A DNA stretch of 64,000 nt from an uncultured Victivallales bacterium (GTDB lineage: Bacteria; Verrucomicrobiota; Kiritimatiellia; UBA8416), in NCBI GenBank assembly GCA_964387425.1, contig CAYLXP010000004.1, forward strand, positions 4,246-68,245. The letters are read 5' to 3'. The notes under the pieces were generated by a model, which was not told the DNA's origin, searched no databases, and saw only the letters and a program-made list of their open reading frames with translations. Positions within the stretch are counted from its first letter, which is position 1. Every line of letters starts with the position of its first letter. Below are positions 55,686 through 64,000 of the stretch, piece after piece. A program made the position numbers and the translations under genes.

Positions 55686-55780
55686 GACAAGCGACCTCGC
55701 AACGAGGTCTCTCCACGGTATTTGCTGATTCGCACGGCTCATCAGCTGAACCGTGAGCACGACGTTGTCCATCAGAGGGG

Positions 55781-58700
55781 TCAAGGCGTCGGATCGAGCC
55801 ATACGCCGCCACGGTAGACCGCTTTCGGGTCGTCTGTATTGATGTTCCAGATGATGCTGTCTTCAGCCGGGACCTTCACAAAGCCGGGAACATCCACCCA
55901 CTGTGCGTCCCGTTCCATGCTTGTACGGGACTTCAAGCGGTAGTATCGCGCCATACCCGGGTGCTCATCTCCCGTCGTGCGCATAGTGAACCCGATCCGC
56001 GGGCGGCCGTTTGATGAGGCAACATCGAGGGAGAAGAAGTCGAGGGCATTGGTGGGGTCGGTTCCCGCGATGTACTCGCCGCCATTCAGCAGGCCATCCC
56101 CGTCCCAGTCGTCCAGTTCGCCACCAAGGGGAACGTCTGTTCCCTTGAAATGCCGCATCTCCCACGCATCCGGCATGTTGTCGTTATCGTCATCAATGTC
56201 GTACCGCGGTGGCATGCTGTATGCCGCAAAGGTCTCTGCCTCCATGACGGTTGCGTACTCGGCCCATAGCCAGTCTTCAGATCGCGTGGCGTGCGCCACG
56301 CGGAACTCATCTACGGTACCCTCAAAGAAGTCGCCGGGCACGCCGTTCGCATTCAGGCACCCGAGCGTGGGGGCGGCTGCCAGCGAGTAGGCAGTCGGGG
56401 ACCCGACCGAGACCAGGTTTCCTCCGTTCAGAGCGCCTCTGGGTTGCGTGCCGTCCACCGTCAAGGCGAGGTGATGCCATGTGCCTGTGGCGGCCATGGT
56501 CGCGGCGCCAACCTCGGTCGAGTTGACGCCGTATCGCCACAAGTAGTTTCCAATCGTACGCCCGGCGATGAGCAGGCGACTTCCGCCGGATGCATCCTCG
56601 GAGCCGAAGACGGTGCTTGCCTTCTGTGGCTTCGCCCAGAGCGTGACGGTCAATGGCGCCGTGGCCGACACGTAGTCGCCGGTGCCGAGGCCGGGCGCGA
56701 TGTAGGCGTCGACACCGTTACAGTGGCGAGCACTGCCGATAGCGCCTGCAGCGTCGGTTGATGTCCCGTGATTGGTTGCGACCAGGCCCGCGACCGAGTC
56801 CGTAAAGTCGTCCCCGAAGTGCCACACCCCGGTGAACCCCTCTGACCACGTGGATCCGTCGGTCACGTAGACGGGGACATTCGTCAAGTTCGTGGAGCCC
56901 CAGTAGGCCCAGATGAACGTTTCCGGGGTCAACTCCGGGATGCGGACCCAAACGGTGGAGACTCCATTCGTGTTCCACTCATCAATCTCGTAGACGAGTG
57001 AACTCCGTTCGGTGCTGTCCGCGAAGCGGAGATCGCGCCCATCCTCGTCTGCGAAGTCGGCATAGGAAAATCCATCGAGGCCTTCATGCAGGCGCACGAG
57101 AGCAGGGAAGTTCTCGAGCGGGGTAGGGCGATTGTAGCCGTCGAACGCGATTTGCATCCGGTTCACCTCCTTGACGGGAGGTGGGCCATATACGGTGATA
57201 CGGTGCTGCCGGGATGTGTAGCCTTGGCCCAAGGCGTCGGTCAGTTCGATGCGGAGGTCGTAGATCCCCTCGTGCGTCATTGTGTCAAGGTAGGCGTAGT
57301 AGGGCGCGGTTTCGTCGCGGTGGAGTAGGGTGTCGTTGGCATAGAACTCGACGTGCTGGATCGCGTTTGTGACCGTGCCCGGGTCGACTTCCGCCTCGAA
57401 TAGTTCCGCGATTGGCGTCATGAAGAACGAGCCATCCAGGGGGCGCTTGATCGAGACCGCATCGGGGGAGGATCCCGGTGAGCCACCCGATACCGGGAGC
57501 CAGTAGTTCGGGTTGCGACCGTAACGATCAGGCCAGACGCGGCGCAGGGCGGCTCCCTCGCCGTCCGCGCCTTCCGGCCAGGGCGAGCGGTCGAAGTAGA
57601 TCACTTCATCGACAATCACCCACGAGATTGAATCGCCAATCACGTCGGGCGCCTGTGGCCGTTCAAGGGCAATGCGCTCGCCGCGGTTCGAGAGCTTGCC
57701 GCCCAGCGGTCCCAGCAAGGTCAGGTCGCCCTCCTCCAGACCATAGGCATCCAGGAAGGCGGCGCGGGCCGAGGTATTCGTAGCGGGATCGAACGACACC
57801 ACGACGAGGTAGCCGCCGGCGGGGATAACCGTGTTGCTCGGGAAGGTGTAGCCAACGCCATCGAGACGCCATGGTCCCTCCGCGTTCCATAGATCTACGG
57901 CGGCATCCGTTGGATTGTAGATCTCGATGAACTCATCATTGGTGTTGTCTTCGGGGTGCGTCGCTGTCGGTTGCGGGTGGTACATGACCTTCCCAATGAC
58001 CACGTGCTCCGCTGGTGCGGTATTCGTTGCGTCCGGGGTCGGCGTCAACGCGTACCAGTCGATCGTTCCATCGGGGTAGCGTCCCAGGGAGGTGTCGTTC
58101 TCCTGCCCCTTGAATACGACGGCATCTGCAATCCGTGCGTTGGTGGTTCCGTCGAGGTATGAGAGGAAGACGCTCTCGCCGGCCTTGTTGAGCCCGAATC
58201 CTGACACGCCATCCGGGTTGAAGTGTAGCCGTTCAGTCAACGTAATGCGTTCGCCTGCATTGAGTACGCGATTGGTTGGTAGCGCGTAGTTTGTCAGGAG
58301 ATCGATGTCATCACTGAGATACCACTCTGCCAGGGAGATCGTCCCGGAGCTAACATTCAGGATCTCGACCCAGTCGTCCGAATCCAGCGGGGGTGCCTGC
58401 AGGGTGTCGGTGTGGGCTGTGATCTCGTTAATCACCAGTGTGGCGGGTGGGGCGGGGTCGGGACTGCCCGGAGAGCCGCCGATGAGGGTGCTGGCGCGCC
58501 AGTTGCCACCGTAGTCGAGACCCTGTTCCGTGACGGCTAGGTCCACGGGGACGAGCGCATGCCCTCCGCCGTCGGCTGTCGCAGGCCATCCGCGTCCATC
58601 ACCATAGGAGAAATTGAAGATAGCGAGGCCGCCGCTGGCGGTCTCAAGCCGCAGCTCCTCGCCTCCGTTGGCGAGCTTGCCCGAATAGGGCCCCGTGATC

Positions 58701-61700
58701 GCTGCAGAGCCGTCCAGCCCGTAGTGCGCGCGGAACGTGGCCTCCGATGGATGTCGCGTCAGAACGAGGTAGCCGCCTGGCAGCAGAACTGTCCCGTTCG
58801 TGAAGACATAGTCGATGCCGCTCGCGAATGCGGCTCCCGCCAGGTGGAGAGGCAGGTTGGTGCTTGCGTTGTGCAGCTCGATGAATTCGTAGTCACTCCC
58901 GGCCGGTGGATTGTACATCACTTCTGTTACGCGCAGGTGGCTGATGAGTTCGTAGCGATTGTCCGAGTCGCTGGTCGTGAATTCAACGGGCGCCGACCAG
59001 TGACTCGCATACCCGGTGCCGGTTGTGTTGTCCAGCATGCGTACGCGTACGCGGTAGGTGCGGCCGACCTCCAGGTGCTGGGCGGGGATCTTCACCTGGT
59101 TCGTGTAGGTGGTGATGTCGCCGGATTCCCATACGGGGCTGTATTCCCACTGGCGACGGGTAGTCACGGGATCGAACGTGGGTGATACCATGTCTGTGAC
59201 ATCACCCACGCGCCACTGCAGCGCTCCGAACGAGTCGTCGCCTTGCGGATCCGAGAAGGCGCTGCACTGGAAGACAAGGCCATTGATGGGGTAGTTGGTG
59301 TCGCCGACATACGTCACGGTGGGCGTGTTGGGGATCTGGTCGCCGTGTCCCTCCTCGTTCGCAAGGTCCAACAGAACCGCTCGTTGTCCTCCGGCGGGGA
59401 TGTCCGGTCCGGTGCTGCCTGACCAGCCGTAGAACGCGAAGTTCTTCATGTCCTGGATCTTCTCAGCGAATGACCAGTACTTGGACGCCGAGTGCGTTCC
59501 TGCGTCGGCGGGCGCGCTGATCCAGCGATCCCGCTCCGCCATGGCGAACTCACCGACGATGCCGGCGTGATCGTCGATCCACGTGTTTATCACCTCTTCC
59601 GTCCAAAGCAGGTCGATGAACTCACGCATGTAGTTTCGGTACTGCCGCTTGAATATCGGTTTTCCGTAGCTGCCAAACACACAATACTTGGGGTAGTCCT
59701 CGGCGCCGTTCCCCCAGTTGGGGCCCCAGCTCGCGTCCGCATCGTGCGGCAGAACGGTCAGGCGGCCGTAGATATTCGTGCTGCCGTCGAGTCCGAAATA
59801 CCAAGCGCGGTTTTTAAGGTGCGAGTTGGCGATCTTGAAATCCTGGTGCCGAATCGCCCGGCAGACGGTATGGCAACGGTACCAGTGGTAAAGGTCGATG
59901 TGCTCTTCTATCCACTGGTCTGTGCGGTCGGGGTAGTAGTCGCTCCGGACATAGTTGAAGTCGCTGCCGTCCCCGACGGAGTACCGCCCCTGGTGCCGCT
60001 GGAGTCGCTCCGGGTCGAATTGACCGTTCTTGAGCTTGTAGACGTTGCCGTCGCTGAGGTCGTGCGCATCCAGGAAGCGCGCATCGTAGTTCTCGATCGC
60101 GAGGTTCATCCCCTGGAAGTCGCCGTAGTACTGGCCGTTTGCGCCGGACGGCGCTTCCTCGACACCTTTTACGACGCGGTAGTGGAACAAGTGTGAGAAG
60201 GGCGCCGGAGTACCCACCAGGTTCCAGAGATGGAAGTTCATGTTCTCGGTCATTCCGAAATTGAAGATGTCCTTGTTGTCGAAGAGCTTCCCGACGTTCA
60301 ACGTCTTCCAGCGGGTGGGGTAGCGCTTGCCATAGTTGTCGCGGGCTTCGAGGTAGCGGCCCTTGTTGAAACGGACTCGGAAGGAGCGCTTGCCGGCGAG
60401 TCCATAGCGGTCGTTGTGCTGGCGCAGACGGTAGAAGACATGGTCGTAGACCTTGCCTTCATAGACAAAGGCGCCGGGCCAGTTGAACCGGCGGCGAGCG
60501 CCGTCATTGCTGGAGGGAATCCGGTCGGCTGAGTTATAGGCGTAACACTCCTCGTAGTCGGCTGCGCGCGTCACCATGTGATAGACGGGTAGTCGATGCA
60601 TGACGTTCGTGTCGTAGGTGTGGCCGGCGCCGTCCGGGTGGACGGAGCGCGTGGCGGCCGTGTAGGGCGGGACGCCGCTGTACACGAAGCAGGCAAAATT
60701 GAGTTGGGGATCGTCGTCAAAGGGGGCTGTGTGTCCGAGTCCAATGCCATCCGTGGCCGTGATGCGGTAGCGCACGAGCGTGCGGTTCATGGGCTGGGGC
60801 GGTAGCAGCACCGAGTAGATGTCATCCCCCGCCACTTCGTCAGGCCACACGCCGTTGTCGACCATGTTGGTCTGCTGCCAGTTCGCGGGATCCCAGTAGG
60901 CCGCGTTCGTCGGTGCAGGCGCATACGGCGTGGACAACAGCGTGGCATGGTCAAGGGGCAGCAATGCCGGGATGAAGCTGCCCGGCAGGACGACCTGGTA
61001 GTCCAGCGTGACGTTCGCCACACCGTTGGTGTCTGTAATCTTGGCGGTAACGACAATCGCTTCGTTGGTGGCCGGCTGCCTCGGCGTGTGATTTACCTGC
61101 CGCATCTGGGGCGCAACGTTGAGGGCCCACATGCTGTTGACTCTGCCAGGCGTTGGCGCACCACCGTCCCGGCTGGCGGTCAGTTCCAGGTCGAAGACGA
61201 AGTCGCTGCTGCCCACTCTCGTGTTCAGGGCATGCACGGCGACGATATTCGTGCCTTCCACGAACAGGCTTGCGGCGTTCGTGATCGTTAACGTCTCCCA
61301 GGTCGCCTCGTGGTTGACCGCCACACCGTTGTGTGGGATTTCGCCGGCTGCAACATGGAAGCGATTCAGTTCAGTGCCATTGAGCCAGACAATGCAGCCG
61401 TCATCGACGTAGACGCGCAGGGTCGCAGACTGGGGCAGGCTGGCAAGCGACGGCACGATGATGGCGTGACGCAGGTACACCGAAGTGAATTGATTGAACA
61501 TGTTGGTGAGCGTCGTGTTGAGCGTGTAGCCCGAACCATTCTCATAGCCAATGGGGGTTTGCCCCGTATTCCAGGATGCATCCTCCTCGAATACGATTTG
61601 CCGCCAGGCATTGGAGGGCGACGACGCCTCGGACGTCCCTTCGCGGTAGTGCCATTGGGAGGACGCCATGGGAATATAGGAGATCGACGTCGCGTCGTGA

Positions 61701-62278
61701 GCACTTGGTCGCCAGCTTGCTCCCAGGTCGTTGTCGAGGGAAGGATGAACAAGCTCCATGGAGCTGCCCTCGCCGGCGGAAGCCGTTGGCCATGGGAATC
61801 CAACGCTATAGTCGACCTCGTCGATCTCGTCGCCGTTGGCATCGCGGAGGCGAACGGTTTCGCCGGCGCTGTCCAGTCGCCCCTGGAAGGGGCCAAACGC
61901 ATGCGTACCGAAGTGGGCGAAGAGCGTGTTGGTGTTTTCAGCGACAACCAGGTATTCGCCGGGGGCCAGCAGCGTATTGCTCGGGAACGTGTAGTCGAAT
62001 CCGGCTGAGAAGTACCATCCGGCCATATCGACCGTGGTTGTGTCGGCGTTGTAGAGTTCAACGAATTCAAGGAGTTCTGTGTTGTTTGTCGGATCGTAAT
62101 GGATCTCGTTGATCAGGATGTCGGGACGCGCCAAGCCAGCTATGGGGAGCACGCACACGGCAGCCGCCAGCCCGACGGCTACTTTCGTCCACGACTGTCG
62201 GTACCCAGTCCTCATCGCTATCCTATCCAATCCAGACATTCCCCGAATCTTAGCACATTTTCGCCCTGAATGCGCCAT
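55781..62278 (-). CDS. giant secreted protein: multiple lamin-tail domains (LTD), CotH kinase-like domain, LamG/ConA-like domain, Asp-rich dockerin/TSP3-like Ca-binding segment
   Basis: Four LTD motifs are present (ILINEIHYDP…EFVELYN; LRVTEVMYNPPAGSDYEFIELHN; LVINEITAHTD…DWVEILN; VVIGKVMYHP…EFIEIYN). The CotH-like core reads …KRSFRVRFNKGRYL…WKTLNV…HLWNLVGTPAP…NGQYYGDF…NVYKLKNG…. A LamG-like region (…GTVDEFRVAHATRSEDW) follows, then DIDDDNDNMPDAWE…DDWDGDGLLNGGEYIAGTDPTN. A signal peptide begins at internal Met 62215 (MRTGYRQSWTKVAVGLAAAVCVLPIAGLA). Confidence 0.8.
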   Translation of the reverse strand: MAHSGRKCAKIRGMSGLDRIAMRTGYRQSWTKVAVGLAAAVCVLPIAGLARPDILINEIHYDPTNNTELLEFVELYNADTTTVDMAGWYFSAGFDYTFPSNTLLAPGEYLVVAENTNTLFAHFGTHAFGPFQGRLDSAGETVRLRDANGDEIDEVDYSVGFPWPTASAGEGSSMELVHPSLDNDLGASWRPSAHDATSISYIPMASSQWHYREGTSEASSPSNAWRQIVFEEDASWNTGQTPIGYENGSGYTLNTTLTNMFNQFTSVYLRHAIIVPSLASLPQSATLRVYVDDGCIVWLNGTELNRFHVAAGEIPHNGVAVNHEATWETLTITNAASLFVEGTNIVAVHALNTRVGSSDFVFDLELTASRDGGAPTPGRVNSMWALNVAPQMRQVNHTPRQPATNEAIVVTAKITDTNGVANVTLDYQVVLPGSFIPALLPLDHATLLSTPYAPAPTNAAYWDPANWQQTNMVDNGVWPDEVAGDDIYSVLLPPQPMNRTLVRYRITATDGIGLGHTAPFDDDPQLNFACFVYSGVPPYTAATRSVHPDGAGHTYDTNVMHRLPVYHMVTRAADYEECYAYNSADRIPSSNDGARRRFNWPGAFVYEGKVYDHVFYRLRQHNDRYGLAGKRSFRVRFNKGRYLEARDNYGKRYPTRWKTLNVGKLFDNKDIFNFGMTENMNFHLWNLVGTPAPFSHLFHYRVVKGVEEAPSGANGQYYGDFQGMNLAIENYDARFLDAHDLSDGNVYKLKNGQFDPERLQRHQGRYSVGDGSDFNYVRSDYYPDRTDQWIEEHIDLYHWYRCHTVCRAIRHQDFKIANSHLKNRAWYFGLDGSTNIYGRLTVLPHDADASWGPNWGNGAEDYPKYCVFGSYGKPIFKRQYRNYMREFIDLLWTEEVINTWIDDHAGIVGEFAMAERDRWISAPADAGTHSASKYWSFAEKIQDMKNFAFYGWSGSTGPDIPAGGQRAVLLDLANEEGHGDQIPNTPTVTYVGDTNYPINGLVFQCSAFSDPQGDDSFGALQWRVGDVTDMVSPTFDPVTTRRQWEYSPVWESGDITTYTNQVKIPAQHLEVGRTYRVRVRMLDNTTGTGYASHWSAPVEFTTSDSDNRYELISHLRVTEVMYNPPAGSDYEFIELHNASTNLPLHLAGAAFASGIDYVFTNGTVLLPGGYLVLTRHPSEATFRAHYGLDGSAAITGPYSGKLANGGEELRLETASGGLAIFNFSYGDGRGWPATADGGGHALVPVDLAVTEQGLDYGGNWRASTLIGGSPGSPDPAPPATLVINEITAHTDTLQAPPLDSDDWVEILNVSSGTISLAEWYLSDDIDLLTNYALPTNRVLNAGERITLTERLHFNPDGVSGFGLNKAGESVFLSYLDGTTNARIADAVVFKGQENDTSLGRYPDGTIDWYALTPTPDATNTAPAEHVVIGKVMYHPQPTATHPEDNTNDEFIEIYNPTDAAVDLWNAEGPWRLDGVGYTFPSNTVIPAGGYLVVVSFDPATNTSARAAFLDAYGLEEGDLTLLGPLGGKLSNRGERIALERPQAPDVIGDSISWVIVDEVIYFDRSPWPEGADGEGAALRRVWPDRYGRNPNYWLPVSGGSPGSSPDAVSIKRPLDGSFFMTPIAELFEAEVDPGTVTNAIQHVEFYANDTLLHRDETAPYYAYLDTMTHEGIYDLRIELTDALGQGYTSRQHRITVYGPPPVKEVNRMQIAFDGYNRPTPLENFPALVRLHEGLDGFSYADFADEDGRDLRFADSTERSSLVYEIDEWNTNGVSTVWVRIPELTPETFIWAYWGSTNLTNVPVYVTDGSTWSEGFTGVWHFGDDFTDSVAGLVATNHGTSTDAAGAIGSARHCNGVDAYIAPGLGTGDYVSATAPLTVTLWAKPQKASTVFGSEDASGGSRLLIAGRTIGNYLWRYGVNSTEVGAATMAATGTWHHLALTVDGTQPRGALNGGNLVSVGSPTAYSLAAAPTLGCLNANGVPGDFFEGTVDEFRVAHATRSEDWLWAEYATVMEAETFAAYSMPPRYDIDDDNDNMPDAWEMRHFKGTDVPLGGELDDWDGDGLLNGGEYIAGTDPTNALDFFSLDVASSNGRPRIGFTMRTTGDEHPGMARYYRLKSRTSMERDAQWVDVPGFVKVPAEDSIIWNINTDDPKAVYRGGVWLDPTP

Positions 62279-62415
62279 TTAAGAGCCGCACGCTAGCAAA
62301 ATCCCGATCTTAAGAACACCCGTATTCTAAAGGGGGAACGTGTGCGAACCCCTGGAGAGGAGAGTCATGGGCCGGTGTGCCTCGGCTCGTTCGCCAAAAT
62401 AGTGGTGTTGGGTAG

Positions 62416-62443
62416 TTGACTTGAGGCGGGGCTTTGATAAGGT
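62416..62443 (+). promoter_or_regulatory. candidate promoter for gapA (TTGACT-N16-TAAGGT with a TG-n extended -10)
   Basis: Found by eye about 55 nt upstream of the strong RBS GGAGGTAAGGAGAGAA that precedes ATG 62499. Confidence 0.25.
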
Positions 62444-62480
62444 GTGCCAAATTTTTAACGGTTTGAAGGGCAAACCATAG

Positions 62481-63506
<1,026 letters not shown>

Positions 63507-63536
63507 GTCGGAACGGCTTTAGCTGAAACCAATGTG

Positions 63537-63570
63537 AGGACACTGAGGTCATGAACGGCCTCAGTGTCCT
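63537..63570 (+). terminator. hairpin between gapA and pgk (12-bp perfect stem aggacactgagg / cctcagtgtcct), possible weak terminator or attenuator
   Basis: A perfect inverted repeat with a 10-nt loop is followed by tgtt. The T-tract is poor, so termination is likely partial at best. Confidence 0.35.
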
Positions 63571-63619
63571 TGTTACATAATAAAGGTGGCGCTCCTGGCG
63601 CGATGAGGATAACGGCGGA

Positions 63620-64000
63620 ATGAACAAGAAGACGATCAGCGACATCAATTTTCAGGGCAAACGCGCGCTCATGCGTGTGGATTTCAATGTTCCGCTGGAC
63701 GGGACTACCGTCAGTGATGATACCCGTATTCGCGCGGCATTGCCGTCGATCCAGCACGTGCTGGACAATGGCGGATCGCTCGTGCTGATGAGTCATCTTG
63801 GCCGCCCGAAGGGGCAGGCGAAGCCGGAATTCAGCCTGAAGCCGGCGGCGGACCACCTGGCGGAGTTGATCGGTCGCGAAGTCAAGTTTGCGCCGGACTG
63901 CGTCGGTGACGCTGTTAAGCTCATGGCGGACTCGCTGCAGCCGGGTGAAATCCTGGTGCTGGAGAACCTGCGCTTCCACGCTGAAGAAGAGGGTAAGCCC
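63620..64000 (+). CDS. pgk: phosphoglycerate kinase (5' part; continues beyond window end)
   Basis: [25 protein letters not shown] is the PGK N-terminal signature, and the ORF continues open to position 64000. GAGGA precedes the ATG. Confidence 0.9.
   Translation, partial: MNKKTISDINFQGKRALMRVDFNVPLDGTTVSDDTRIRAALPSIQHVLDNGGSLVLMSHLGRPKGQAKPEFSLKPAADHLAELIGREVKFAPDCVGDAVKLMADSLQPGEILVLENLRFHAEEEGKP

Overview
This 64 kb window is GC-rich bacterial DNA whose gene content points to a PVC-superphylum (Verrucomicrobia, Kiritimatiellae or Lentisphaerae-like) degrader of sulfated fucose-rich polysaccharide. It is densely coding. I saw no rRNA, tRNA or CRISPR array.

Notable content, in window order:
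- A partial B12-binding radical SAM gene (complement 1..2183).
- Three GH29 alpha-L-fucosidase catalytic modules, one of them a tandem double-GH29 protein.
- An arylsulfatase with the C-x-P-x-R signature.
- Two very large secreted paralogs that fuse a PD40/TolB-like beta-propeller, two CxxCH haem-c motifs and a C-terminal FGE-sulfatase (formylglycine-generating enzyme) domain. These have no settled name.
- A roughly 9 kb minus-strand operon (about 19.6-28.7 kb) encoding: a lipoprotein D-lyxose-isomerase-like cupin, a VOC-fold protein, DhaK/DhaL dihydroxyacetone-kinase subunits, an LsrF-type DhnA-family aldolase/thiolase, a small membrane protein, and two tandem fused phosphate butyryltransferase-butyrate kinase (Ptb-Buk) proteins flanking an ACT-domain protein. 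An AraC regulator is encoded divergently. This is my best candidate for an undescribed system: a sugar kinase, then thiolytic cleavage, then acyl-phosphate and ATP.
- Housekeeping and envelope genes: a degenerate-GGDEF/EAL sensor, two Gfo/Idh/MocA oxidoreductases (one with a Tat signal), a HEAT/PA14 protein, uvrC, a hybrid histidine kinase, fabF, fabG, pilT, an lptF/G-family permease, a GH20-like hexosaminidase, gapA and the start of pgk.
- Five toxin-antitoxin-like modules: hicB-hicA, a DUF433 gene paired with an amber-interrupted DUF5615 gene, hicA-hicB, and higB-higA-like.
- A giant 2165-aa secreted protein with lamin-tail, CotH, LamG and dockerin-like domains.
- A roughly 130 bp structured intergenic repeat present twice, and CTAG-rich inverted repeats flanking fabG-pilT.

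All calls rest on reading the six-frame translations and on family motifs recalled from memory. No database search was run.
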